Origin: Sphaerodactylus townsendi
Taxonomy: Eukaryota
Assembly: GCF_021028975.2 (NCBI RefSeq)
Contig: NC_059437.1
Span: 32,116,001-32,180,000 of the forward strand
Reading direction: 5' to 3'
DNA: 64,000 nt
Part shown: positions 34,723 through 47,000 of the stretch, in pieces
Layout of the letters: each line of letters starts with the position of its first letter
Numbering within the stretch: the stretch's first letter is position 1
Translations under genes and position numbers: made by a program
The notes under the pieces: model-generated
The model's database searches: none
What the model was told of the DNA's origin: nothing
The model's input: the letters and a program-made list of their open reading frames with translations, nothing else

Positions 34723-37700
34723 TTAGGTGCAAGTCCTGTTGTCCGCATTGTTGCTGCCTCAGTTTCCAAGTTCCTGGAGCGCTCAAGCCAGACATAACTT
34801 GAGGTGCTGGTGAAAGGAACTGGCAGCTGTTCCAGAGGAAGTTACGACACCTCTGAAGATAAAAACTGAAAATTGAGCAAGACACACTGGAGGGGTCAGG
34901 TTGCCAGCTGCAGACACGGTCAAACTCGCTTCTCTGATGTGCAAGATTAGAATTGCCAAGGGCCAATTGGGGATGGCACCAGATTGCTGCTTCCAATAGA
35001 AGCCAGGTCAGGAGCACACACACCTACAGAGAGAGACATGTACGCATGCAAGGAAATGAATTCGTCTGTGGGTGCTTGCTCTGCACCCAAAAGGTGCTTC
35101 TTTCCTCCCACTGCTGTTAGCTAATTTAGCGCTGCACAAGCAAGTTTCAGAGTACCCATGTTGGTCTGCACTAGAACAGCTGAATTCGCATCCAGGAGCC
35201 CCTTAGAGACCAACAGGAGTTTCACAGCATAAGCTTTCAAGAGTCAGTGCTCCCTAAAAATCTGGTTGGTTTGTAAAGTACTACTGGACTGTCATCTAAC
35301 TGCACATGCTAGGTATGGCATTCCCTTGGACAGGATGGAAGACTTGCCCCAAACCTGGAGCTTCATATATGTGAGGCGGGCGGGGGTAGGCCCACAATGT
35401 CTTTTATTTCCTATTGAAAAATCTGTCACCATGTCCTTTCCCTCAGCATCGGGTTTTTTCCTTGCCAGGGCCTCTGCTGCCTCCTGTTGCGATGGCCTCC
35501 AGGCATGCATTTCCTGCTGCTTTCTCGAGAGAGGTTTGTTTCCAGTGGCAGCTCTGAAGGGAAGGGGGGGGGGGGGGCTGCTGCATGCGCAGATGCACGG
35601 CAGGAGGAAATGTTGCATCCAGTCCTGGCAAGTGGGAAATGGCACTGGAAAATGCCCTTTTGGAGATACACAGCTGTCACTGGAGCTGCACGAAGGTGGG
35701 TTGGAGCTCTGGCAAAGCAACAGCTAGACAAGGAAGGCTGTTCAGAGGTTCCCAGGGGTGGGGAGAGGGAGTTACCCTCCTGCCAAACACAACATATATG
35801 ATTCTCAGCACTGGAGACTACATTGCTCCCCCATAGGCGGTATTCTCTCTTGGCTGGGGTATCCCAGACAAGACACCTGTCCTCCCGCTGGGTGGGGGCA
35901 GATTAAGGAAAATTAGGTATGGGGATAAACAAGATCCATATAAAACTGTAAAATGAAAAGATGAGATTAGGCAGCTGGGCAGAATGGCATACAGCGAGTT
36001 TAAGGCTATTGCGAGCTAAGAATTTCACAATTAATTAAGTAAATATATAAATAAATCAGTTGAAGGAGAAAGGCAAAATGATGCAGATTTTCATAAAGCG
36101 ATCCCAAACTAGAGAGCAGGAAACTGGTGTTTTGTTTAGAATAGGCATTCCTAAAGTGGCCACTAAAGCCCCCCCCCCCCCCCGGGGGGGGTGGAAGCAT
36201 TAGGGGGGGTGTGGAATTTGGGGGCACTAGGAGACAGGTGCAGGGATTCCTGGGCCAGCTAACGGGTGAAAGGTTTTGGGGGCAGAACGATGGTCCAGAT
36301 CTATGGTCCGCCTTTGTGAAGCAGCCAGCCCTGCCCAAGCATTGCTCCGCACCACCCCCAAGCACTGCTGCTGCATGTGTCACAGGGTCAGGTTGGGGTG
36401 GTGGTGGTCAGGTTGGGGGTGGTGGCAGGAAAGCCCCCCTCATCGTGGTGGGGGGGGGGAGAAGAGGAGGTGGCATTCCCCAGCCCTGCGAAGCCACCTC
36501 TGAGGTGGGCGGGACGACTCTTCCTTGCATGGACCTTTTGGCAGTGGTGGCTGTGGGGAAGTGTGGGGCACAGGGCAGCCGCTGGAGGAGGTGAGATGCT
36601 CAGGTCAAGCTCCAGTGGTGGGATGGGGCTTGGGTGAATGGCAGGCTGTGCAAGAGCAAAGGGAGAGAGGAGGAAGGTGGGCTTGGCGCACACACCCTGC
36701 GCCCTGCAGGGTCAGGCCTACATGGCAGCCCCCTCTCCCTCCCCCTCCCCCCCACCGCAGAAAGGGTACACTCCCTCCAGGCCAAATGTTCCTGACCCAG
36801 GCCAAGGAAGAGCTGCTGGAATTGATGGTCTCCCGGGTCGCCCAGATCCCTAACAGGAGGCTGGGGTGCAAGGTGTCCTTCCTGTTTCCCTTCTAACCCA
36901 GTTTTCTCCGGCTTAGCAATTTTAATTTTTTATTTTGCAAAAAGAGCATGCCAAGTGGGTAGAGAGGCCGGAGCCATGGACTGCAGAGTCTGCCTCCTAG
37001 GACTGGGAACTTCCAGACAGGCTTGATAACTTGTCATGTTTGAATCCTCAAATGTGTAGCTGTGCATGAACAATGGCTAAGTTCTTCTAGCTAACAAGGC
37101 AGGGTTCAAGCTATTAATTGATTTTAGCTTCATTTTAATATTGATTTCTAAATTCATGCAACATCATCACGAGAGCCAGAGATTATGCCTAAGTACTGGA
37201 GTAGGCAACGGTTTTTTTTTTCCTGTTTTGGGGGTGGGGATGAGGCAGTAAAGCATGTGAAGTATTCATGGATATATTTCCACCAATTGGATTGCTGAAA
37301 TCATGAACCAGACTCTGGGAGATAAAATAAAGTAATGAATTCTTCCTCTTCCCTTCTTCCCCTATCAGAGTATCCCATTCTCCCATTTCTCCAGTACAGA
37401 TATCCCAACAACCAGGAACTGCAGTGATATAATTTTCTTTAATTTATTTTAGCCATTTTTGTACCTCCTCCTCTCAACCCCCAACCCTCTCCACCCAGTT
37501 CAGGGTTCCCCATGCAGCAAGACGTTTGGGGAAGGGCAAAGGCAACCCACACAGTAAACATGGTCTGCCAAATAAATGTGACATCCCCCCATGCATCAGT
37601 AATGACCTGGTTCTTGCACAGGGAGTACATTTGCCTTTACCTTTTTAGATGGAACAAGACTGGAGTGATATGGCTCCTGTACCTATGCTAGTTCAGGGTG

Positions 37701-37873
37701 TCAGATGTTTGGCATGCAATTTCAGAGGTTGCCCCAGGCACTGTTTTCTGTAGATACACCCTCCCCCCAAGAAGAAACTGCTTTGCTGCTCTTAGTTGAG
37801 AACATGAATCAGAGCAAAGAGTAAATAAATAATTGTGCAAGGGGGTGCCATTATTGTGCCATGGATACTGAGC

Positions 37874-38067
37874 NNNNNNNNNNNNNNNNNNNNNNNNNNN
37901 NNNNNNNNNNNNNNNNNNNNNNNNNNNNNNNNNNNNNNNNNNNNNNNNNNNNNNNNNNNNNNNNNNNNNNNNNNNNNNNNNNNNNNNNNNNNNNNNNNNN
38001 NNNNNNNNNNNNNNNNNNNNNNNNNNNNNNNNNNNNNNNNNNNNNNNNNNNNNNNNNNNNNNNNNNN
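37874..38067. other. Assembly gap (194 N)
   Basis: Run of N. Confidence 1.
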
Positions 38068-41000
38068 AACAGCTCAATACATTGGGGTTAACTTTTACTG
38101 TTGTGTTTTATTTGTGAGATACATATGTGGGTTAACAGTGTTAGAAGTTGTTTTGAACTTGCAGCAGACCTAATACAAAGAAAGATGTGAGTGTTCGTAT
38201 GTGTGGGTGGCGTGGGGGAGTGCTAGGGATTTGGCCTGGAAGCCAAGGAGGTGACTGCCTGAAAAAAGTTTGGGAATCACTGGTCTAGAATCTGCTCTTC
38301 TGAACAACTGAGTATGACTGAGGCTAGGGTGGGGATAGCCAGCAAGGCCCAGATTGCTTGTGAGGAGGGAACAACAAATCTTCCTTTAATCTGGAATTAT
38401 TTCTGTACAAACCATTGTTTTAACAGTGCAAAGGTTCTACTCTTTCTTTTGCAGACATACCATATTCTTGCATGGCAAGGAAATGTGTGCATGTGCATGT
38501 GTGTGGAGTGTCCTCAGAGGCTGGAGCTGGAGCTACGGACAGTCACTGACCTGGTCTTACCCTCTTTCCTCTTCCTGGGTACCCTCAGTGTCTGGTAGAG
38601 TCTGGCAGAGAGTTGCCTGCTTGCATTCTGGATTTGTGCCAGGCACATGTTTTGGATAAAATCCTAAGTGTAGGCAATGGAGGGAGCTAGGAACCAACTC
38701 TGAAAAGCAAGCTGATGAAACAAGAGCATTAGCAATCATAATACTTTTCTTTTTTTATACAGTGGGTCACAGATGATGCTGGATTGGTTCAGAAAATGTA
38801 AATTAAAAATACTAAATAAATTGACAGAGGCTTTTTAAAAATGGGGATGAAAATTTTGTACCCTCATACTGGAAAATGGCATTTTCCTGTCTGCCAAACA
38901 AGCCATTATCTGGAGCCTTTGCAAACATTTGCTGTACCCAGTCAGTTGTGCAGCCCTATGCCACTTCTTCTCCCACCTAGTTCAACGGGACTAACTCCCA
39001 ATTAAGTGCTGCTGCCGGAGATGAAACATCTACCCTTTGAGCAGAGCTCCAGAGACACCATCACCAGCTACACCTGCAACTCAGTTCTCATTTTCAAATT
39101 CATACTATAATTAATCATACTTCATTGTTTAGATTGTAAACTTTTTGAGGATGAACATTCTTTCGGGGAAACTGCTTTGCTGCTCTTAGCCCTGAACATA
39201 AATCAGAACAAAGAGCAAATAAGTAATTGTGCAAGGATCTACACTGTGTATTATGAAATATGGCTCACTCCTTCCAACCCCCGTTAGGTCTGCTGAAGAC
39301 TTCTGGATCACTCTGAAGCTCATGTACAGTAGAATCCTGGGGGGGGGGGGGGCAGCTGTGCAGCTGCTGGAAATGGCACAGCTGAGCCACCTCCTAAGGG
39401 GTTGGCTGCGCTGTGACCAGCCCTGGAAAAAGCAACACTGGGAAAAAGGAACATTTGGCACCAGAGCACCAGTGTGGAGGAGGAGAGACTGGGGCAGTGA
39501 CTGACAGGTTGGCTGACAGCCAGCAGGAGGGCAGAGGAACAAGAAAGGAGTGAGGTATTCAAGCCAGTCCAGGGCCAGAAAGGGGGTGAGGATTAGGCAG
39601 GCTAAAAAGAGGCTGCCACAAGTGTTACTGGAAGGGGGTAGCCTTGGGCTGGGAAGGGGAAGTCCCTGGTGGGCCCTGCCAGATAACTAGGGGATTGTGG
39701 AGGAATGGGAGAAGTGAGGGGATCAACATTGATCCTGGCAGCCTGGAGGGCAGCCACACTGGTGAAGGTGACCCCTCTGGATAGGTCAAGATGGCACCAC
39801 TGGTGAGGAGGCATGGGAGCAGCTGAAAGTAATTGTAGGACAGCACCTCCAGGGACACTTTGCATGGGTGCAGGGACATCACCACCAGGCAATCCAATGG
39901 GATGGCCCTGCTGGGTGAGTGAGGAGTGGGCCTGGCTGTCAAAGAGAAGTCCACTCTGAGAAGGGACAGTGTCCATGGCCACTCTCCAGTGAGTGGTTGC
40001 TGTCTCCTCAAGAGATTACTACTGTGTTCCAAAAGACAGTGGTTCCCCTAAAGAGGGAAGGTGGCAACAGTGTCTTGGAACACCCATAGCCAAGGAAAGT
40101 TGGGCAAGTTTCCCTGTACAGCAGACTATTGCCAGAAGGGGGCACCTGTTGGCAGAGTGAGAATTATTTTAGAGTCCAGTCATGAGGATTGGACATGGGA
40201 ATGGAACATCTCATCAGATTGCTGGTCCCCTGGATCCCTGTGCCTGGGAATTCCCACTCTGAGGTTAGAAAGAAATGAGCGCTTGTGTGGCCATTCCTGA
40301 ATTGCAGTGGCCGTTGTCCCTGTGAATGCATGCAGCTGGGGATATGGTGGCTGCACCCCCTGACTCCATGGCCCATGGCAGTGCAAACCATACTGGCAGT
40401 CAGCCTCCCGTAGCTCCAGTGGTGCTGGGACAGCTGCCGTGCCCTGGCCTGTCCCACATGCAAAGGACTGTAATGGCTGCGGGGGGGGTACATGGGCCAG
40501 ATGGGGCTAACACCCTTTGGCTAATGAGTGAGAATCCTAAGGAGGAGGTGGGCTGGCTGGGGGTCACCCACTATTACCACTGATTTCCAGGTGATGGGGA
40601 TCAGGTTTCCTGGTGAGGATGGCTGCTGCGGTAGATTGGCTTGAGACCCCACTGAAGTCGCCCCCCTTCCCACACCCTGGTCTCTTCAGGTTTCAGCCCC
40701 ACAGTCCCTAGCTGTCCCCTAACCCACAGCTGGCAACCCAGGGAGGAGGGAGTCTAATCCGGGGGAGCGCCCACCTGTCACAGAGCCTTCCAAGGAACAG
40801 CCTGCAGCACCTTGTGTTGGTTGCGGCCTGTCAAAGTTCTGCCTCCATCCACTCCACCCAGCTGCCTGACCCTCAACCTTCTCAGAGATGCACATAAACA
40901 TTTGTGACAGGTAAGGAAACTTTAGGGAGAGGGGAGGCCATGACAGCATCCACCCGCCCCCACACCTGAAGGGAGTTTCCAAGTGAGTGGGTTTCCAACA

Positions 41001-42188
41001 GGTGGGCTCTATGACAGGACAAGATCCATGCTTTTTTTGGTGGCTCAGCTTATGGGTGGAGGGTATTGTTGCCAGCCGAGTCCATTCCCTCACCTGTTGG
41101 CTGGCTCCCCACATCAGCCTGTTGAGAACATCTGTGCAGGGCTGTTGAGAACATAACAATGTGCATGATGCCTGAGGCCTCCTGGTGGGTATATGGATCA
41201 GTCCAGTTGAGTGCCTTTGGGGTGGGGTCTATCCTGCCTTCTTGTTGGCAAGGACGGGTGCATGTTGGCTGGCTCCACAGCTGGTGCCACCACATGGGGC
41301 TGCTAAGCACTTGGACTGCTAGGGTTCCCAACCCTGGTTGAAGGAGCAAGCAGGCAGGAAAGTGGTTTCAGGGGTTCATTGTTTAGGTTACCTGTAATAG
41401 CACAGCCACCCTGATGGTTCGTGGCTGTGCATCATTGTACATGGAATGGAGCTTGGGTAGGAAAGCTCAGCCACAGAGTATGTGGACTTTGCTCTCCCTG
41501 ATTATTTTTTCTGCAAAGTATGAGCCCGGTTGTCCAAAGTGTTCTTCGTATGCTCTGTCTGCCACCATAAGGGCCACCCCACTCACTCTAAATCCCCATT
41601 GCAGAAAACTGACAGGCTGATGGGGTTCAGCAGCTTCTGGCAGGGGTTCTTAAAGGACAGGGGATTCAGCCATTGGTAGCTGGGGATGGGTCCTGGGCAG
41701 CACTAGAGGATTTTCCAGTGGCCCAGGGGCTAGTTGGCATTCCAAGCACTTCAGCACTTTGTGGGCAGGGCTGCTCCGAATGGAGGAATTTGAAACTGCT
41801 TATTATGGAGCCCTATGGACTATAACATGGTTTTTGCAGGCATAACTTTGTGCAGGATCAAGTGAGTGTTCCTGACTTGAAAGAATTTAGGGAGCTAACA
41901 CTGGATTCACCCCTAAGCCCCACTCTCTTTAGTGCTGGCACAAGCCACTATGCTGGAGGTGTGCCGCCACAACGACTGCACTGGCACCCCTTTGTTGTGC
42001 TCCTATGCTGCTGCCTGTCATCACTGTAAGTGGCATTTACATTGGCGGTGGGGTCACGCCAGCTCCTCAGCACTTTCGCTCCCTCCTTGTGGATTGCACT
42101 AGTAGTCATTCATCCACAACGTATCTTTCTTTCAATTGACTAGTAGTTCATTTTGCCCAAACTTTACACTAGCTGACCGGCAAACCAG

Positions 42189-42461
42189 AGAAGAGTTTGG
42201 ATATATATACCCCCTTTCTCTCCTGTAAGGAAACTCAAAGGGGCTTACAATCTCCCTTCCCTTCCCCCCTCACAACAAACATCCTGTGAGGTGGGTGGGG
42301 CTAAGAGCTGTGGCTAGCCCAAAAAGCTGTGGCTAGCCCAAGGTCACCCAGCTGGCGTGTGAATTCCCCAGAAAAGCCTCCACAACGCAAGTGGCAGAGC
42401 GGGGAATCAAATCCTGTTCCTCCAGATTAGAATACACCTGCTCTTAACCACTACGCCACTG
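42189..42461 (-). mobile_element. tRNA-derived squamate SINE (Squam3-like)
   Basis: Collinear with the 17564-17846 copy. Confidence 0.75.
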
Positions 42462-42719
42462 TTATGGCAACATACTCCAGTCAAAACTTATTCATTTCAA
42501 CTCTGCATAGGATTGCACTGTAAGGATTATGCACATTTACTTTGGACTAAATCCCATTGAACACAATGGCGCTGATTAAGAGGGCACAGCTTTGGCCGGA
42601 AAGAATTGGTTGGGCCTTTCTCCTGTTGCCAAGCGCATCAATATGTATTCCAGCCCCAATGCTATTAATCTGCAAATGTTTACAAAATTAATCAAACAAA
42701 AGCGCAGGTCTCCAGTTTC

Positions 42720-43700
42720 CTTGCCGCCTCCGCCATTCACACCAGCAGCGTACCTAACGTGGCTCGGCAGCCCTGCCTCGGGTCCCTGTCTCTTTAAGAA
42801 CCAGCGCTCAGTTCACTACGCATGCGGGAACACCGATGCGGTCACATCTCAGTCGATTTTTTTTTCAACTCCTCTCTGCCCCTTTGTCCCTTTCTCGCCT
42901 CTCACCCAACCTTCATTGTTAGACAGCAGTCTGCGCAAGCCGCGAGGAGAGAGTTCGACCAATCACGAGCGCTAAGCCCTCTCCAAATCGGCGTCGACGT
43001 TTGATGGGCATATTTTCGGGCTATTGGAGAGAAGGTGAAAGGGAAGTATCTTGGCCAATGAGGCAGTGAGAGAGGCGGGCAGAGGTGCACGCAGCAGGCT
43101 CTAACGAACGGTTTCCGGCCGCGCGCGCCCTTTTCTCTTTCCCCTCCCCCCGGCCTCGTCGCTTTTCTTTCTCAGTTGGGCGATTTTTTCTGAGGTGAGC
43201 CAGCCTTTGTGGCCGCCTGGGCAATTCCATGGCAAGGCGGGTGGGCCGCGGTCGGCCTTGTTCCATTTTTGCCTTGTGAGGGCCCGACCGTGTGTGGGGG
43301 AGCCATTTCCTTTTTCCTCCGCGCTGATCCCCGGCCTCCTCCATCGCCGCTACTCGGTCCTTAGCCCCGCCCTCCGTTCCTTGGCCCGCGCCTTTACTAT
43401 ATCGAAGTAGAGGGTCTCGTCTAGAAGAAAGTGAAGCCGGTTCGGCCTATCCAGGGATCATTAGTTCCGTTCTTACTGTCAGTGGCTCCCGGGTTTGCTC
43501 CGGATCGCTTCCCGAATGTGGATTGGAGATTAATCGCGGGGGGCGGGGGGGGGAGCTCGTGGAATTGCCGCTGCCCTTAGGTTTCTGTATGAATAAATAA
43601 AACAGGTCGACGCAGATTTGTTTTATTCGGCCATAAATAGCTCTTTGGGGCCGTGTGCGGAGATGGGACCACTTGGTTACAACAGTCCTTCCCCGCAATG
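42720..43700 (+). promoter_or_regulatory. NONO: CpG island / NONO promoter and non-coding exon 1 (ends 43194)
   Basis: CpG-rich. CCAAT boxes at 42959-63, 43023-27 (reverse) and 43055-59. Pyrimidine-rich leader near 43130. Donor GAG|gtgagc at 43195. Confidence 0.78.
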
Positions 43701-43959
43701 GTCCATCCGGCTACAAACAATACCGTAGTAATGTACGCTTTTGCTTGGAAGTTTATGAAATGGGTTTGGATTAAATCAGTTTAAACTCTGCCAGGTATAC
43801 TGAGTAGAGCAGTGGCTTTGCAGGCTCTTAAGGCTGACTTCCTTTAATGGGAAATTCTAGAAATTAAACTTGGACCTGTATGATGCTATTCAGGTATATG
43901 TTTTTCTTTAGCAAAGTCACTAATGTACTGTCATGCTTGTTCTCCTTTTAGAGTGAAAG

Positions 43960-44098
43960 ATGCAGGGCAACAAGAGCTTTGCGATGGAGAAACAGAATCA
44001 CACTCCACGAAAGCAACATCAACACCACCAGCAGCAACAACAGCAGCAGCAACAGCAACAGTCTGCCCCAGCTAATGGGCAGCAGACCAACAGCCAAA
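43960..44098 (+). CDS. NONO: NONO coding exon 1
   Basis: MQGNKSF...ANGQQTNSQ; exon starts 43952; donor gtgagt. Confidence 0.95.
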
Positions 44099-47000
44099 GT
44101 GAGTGTGTGCGTGGTAGAAGGAATCCCCATGACTGGGGGATGTCATGTCAGTATAGCTCTTCTTACTTTGAAGTTTTTTCCCTGTGCCTTGTGGAACACA
44201 CAGTTGGAAAAGTAAACGTACTGGTATTCCTTGCTTTACATGTTGCAACATTAACATCGTGTGTACAGGAGATTTTTGCACGTGTGAAACTTTTGTCTTA
44301 TGTATGCATTGAAGAATTGCTGACTGTGCCTATAAGTGCTCATAGTAAATATATATACACATATATACATGGGTGGGTGTGGTTATTGCATGTACAAGCA
44401 GCATTATCAGTAGAATTTTCTAAAGGGGTTCTTAGACATCTGGAACTTAGTACAAGCTTAGTTGTCAATTCCCAGTGGAGTGAAAATCACAGAAGTGATC
44501 TTATTGCTATGGTGGGGTGGTAATTTTAAATGAGTGGTAAAATGAACACATTGGAAGTGGTGTTTTGTGGCCTCAAATATGCACTTTATAAGTGTGGCTC
44601 AGGTTACCAAAGAGGATGGCTTTGTCTGTAAAACTGTGGAATGCTCCACACCAGCAAGAAAGTTAATAATGCTTAATAATGCTGCATTGACAGTTGACTT
44701 CTGTGTGAGGTGAGTTTTACAACTTTTTAAGGTTAATATTGTGACCAGAGTAGCTAAGATATCACAATTTATTGGTTCATTAGTAGTCTAAGAATGTGCA
44801 TCTTTTTGAACTACAAAATGTTTTGCAACACATAAATTAGGAACTCAGTTCTATAGTAGTGGAATGGATTTACAGGGAGCTGCACTAGTGCTTATATGGT
44901 AAATTCTTTGAGCCCGTTGATTTGCTTTCTAAGATTTGTTGCTTCTTTCTAGGCTTGATTAATACTGTGGATTTCCTTCTCAGACAAAGCTTAGTGGTTC
45001 TGTCCTTTGCTATCTCGCATCTGGGCGTTTTGAGGTCTTTTTCAAACCTCATGAATCTTTTCTCCCCGACACAGCAGGATGTACAGTTTTAAGTGTCCAA
45101 GATCATTAATGTATGGCCCTGGGCTGGGTTTTCCTGCAATTGATCTAAGATTCTGAATGGTGCATGCTGTAAATAGGGTTGTGCTTTGATTGTCTTTTGA
45201 GTTTCTCATAATTGTTAAACTTGTAGACTTGAGAGCTCTACGACCTACCTCTTGCTGTGAGTTGTAATGCCTTCTCATTGGCACTCTCCTACAAGTGCTG
45301 CTTATTACTTGCTGCCTTCTTCCTTTCAGCTTTTGCAGTGCTGTGACTGTCCCATAAGTGGCTTTGCAACAGTAATCTGTGGACAAGTCGAACAATTGGG
45401 TGAAGGTGGCTTCAGGATGCAAGTGAATAGTCCAGGGGTCCCCAATGTGGTGCCAAATTATTTTGGGAAGTGGACCGGGCCAAGTGGGGCTTTTGCCCAC
45501 CAAGGCTTCAGATCAGCTGTAGAGATTGTTAGAAACTTTGCTTTGGCAATAGCTACCCCCACAGCATCAAGATCTCCGTATGGCTGAAAGTAATCTAAAG
45601 CAGCCGATTTGTGGCTGCCTATACCTCCTGTGGCAATCATTTTTAGCAGCCATTTAGCCAACAGTACTGTGTCAGAAGTGTCTGCAGGCACAAAAAGGTT
45701 GTGGACCCCATGGTTATGGTTGTCATCAGACACTTTTATCTTGAGATCGATTACTTGTGTTGTGCGTTTTGTGTGCTTTGCATGCCATAGTGCCTTACTG
45801 AATGTCAAGATCTGCTACTGCTGTGAAAAATAGTTGAATATTTAGTGCATTGGAAAACTTGGTGATTAGTCTGACTGGTGTTCTTGAATGTGTTAATGCT
45901 TGCATTTGTTCCCCCAATTTTGTAGAGCGATTCTGTACCTTATTCCCCTCAGATGAAGGCCTAACAATTGATTTGAAGAATTTCCGAAAGCCTGGTGAAA
46001 AAACCTTCACTCAGAGGAGTCGCCTTTTTGTGGGCAACCTGCCTCCTGATATCACAGAGGAAGAGATGAGGAAGCTGTTTGAAAAATATGGGAAGGCAGG
46101 CGAGGTATTCATTCATAAGGACAAAGGCTTTGGCTTTATAAGGCTGGTGAGTGGCTATAGTGTTTGGGGTTAGGGTTGCTTGTTTGAAATTTCTGTGTGT
46201 ATCTAGCCTTGGTAACATGGCATATTCAGAGAAGTGAACATGGCATTCTATATGGCATTCTAATCTGTGAAAACAGTGCTACCCGTTTTTTCTAAGGTCA
46301 AGATCCTACAGAATATGATGACTGCATCAATAGAACAAGACAAACAGGAGTTCTGTTTCTCCTTGGAAACAGCCCCGCATCTTTACCTGTGGGTTTGTTT
46401 AAAGGAATGGATCAAAGAGGAAGAAAAGTGGCAGCTGGATCAAATGCGGGTGTTGCGGGTGTCTCCTTCATGAATGAAGACTTAGTTCAATGTTTATTTC
46501 TGGATAAACCTCTTCAAAATTATGTGTCCCAATAAGTGTCTAACTGAAATTTTTAGAAGCTGTTTATTCAGGATACCTGTTTTTGTGTTTTTCTTAAATT
46601 AGTCCATAAATCTTTCAGCATCTAATATTACTGGGTCTTCATGCACTAGTTTTGGAGTCGTCCTTTTCCATCTCAGCAATACATTACTTGGAAACATTGT
46701 GTTGATTGCTCATCAAATGAGCAGAAAAATGAAAGTTGGGACTTTAACAGGTGGTATCTCTTTTGTCTCCAGGAAACTCGAACTCTGGCTGAAATAGCCA
46801 AGGTTGAGCTGGACAACATGCCTCTGCGTGGGAAGCAACTGCGTGTGCGCTTTGCATGCCATAGTGCCTCACTGACTGTCAAGAACCTGCCTCAGTTTGT
46901 GTCTAATGAGCTCCTGGAAGAGGCCTTTTTGATGTTTGGACAAGTGGAGAGGGCTGTCGTGATTGTGGATGACAGAGGCAGGCCTTCTGGGAAAGGCATT

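Noticed and set aside
37688-38173. ORFs spanning the N run
   Set aside because: Artefacts of translating the gap.
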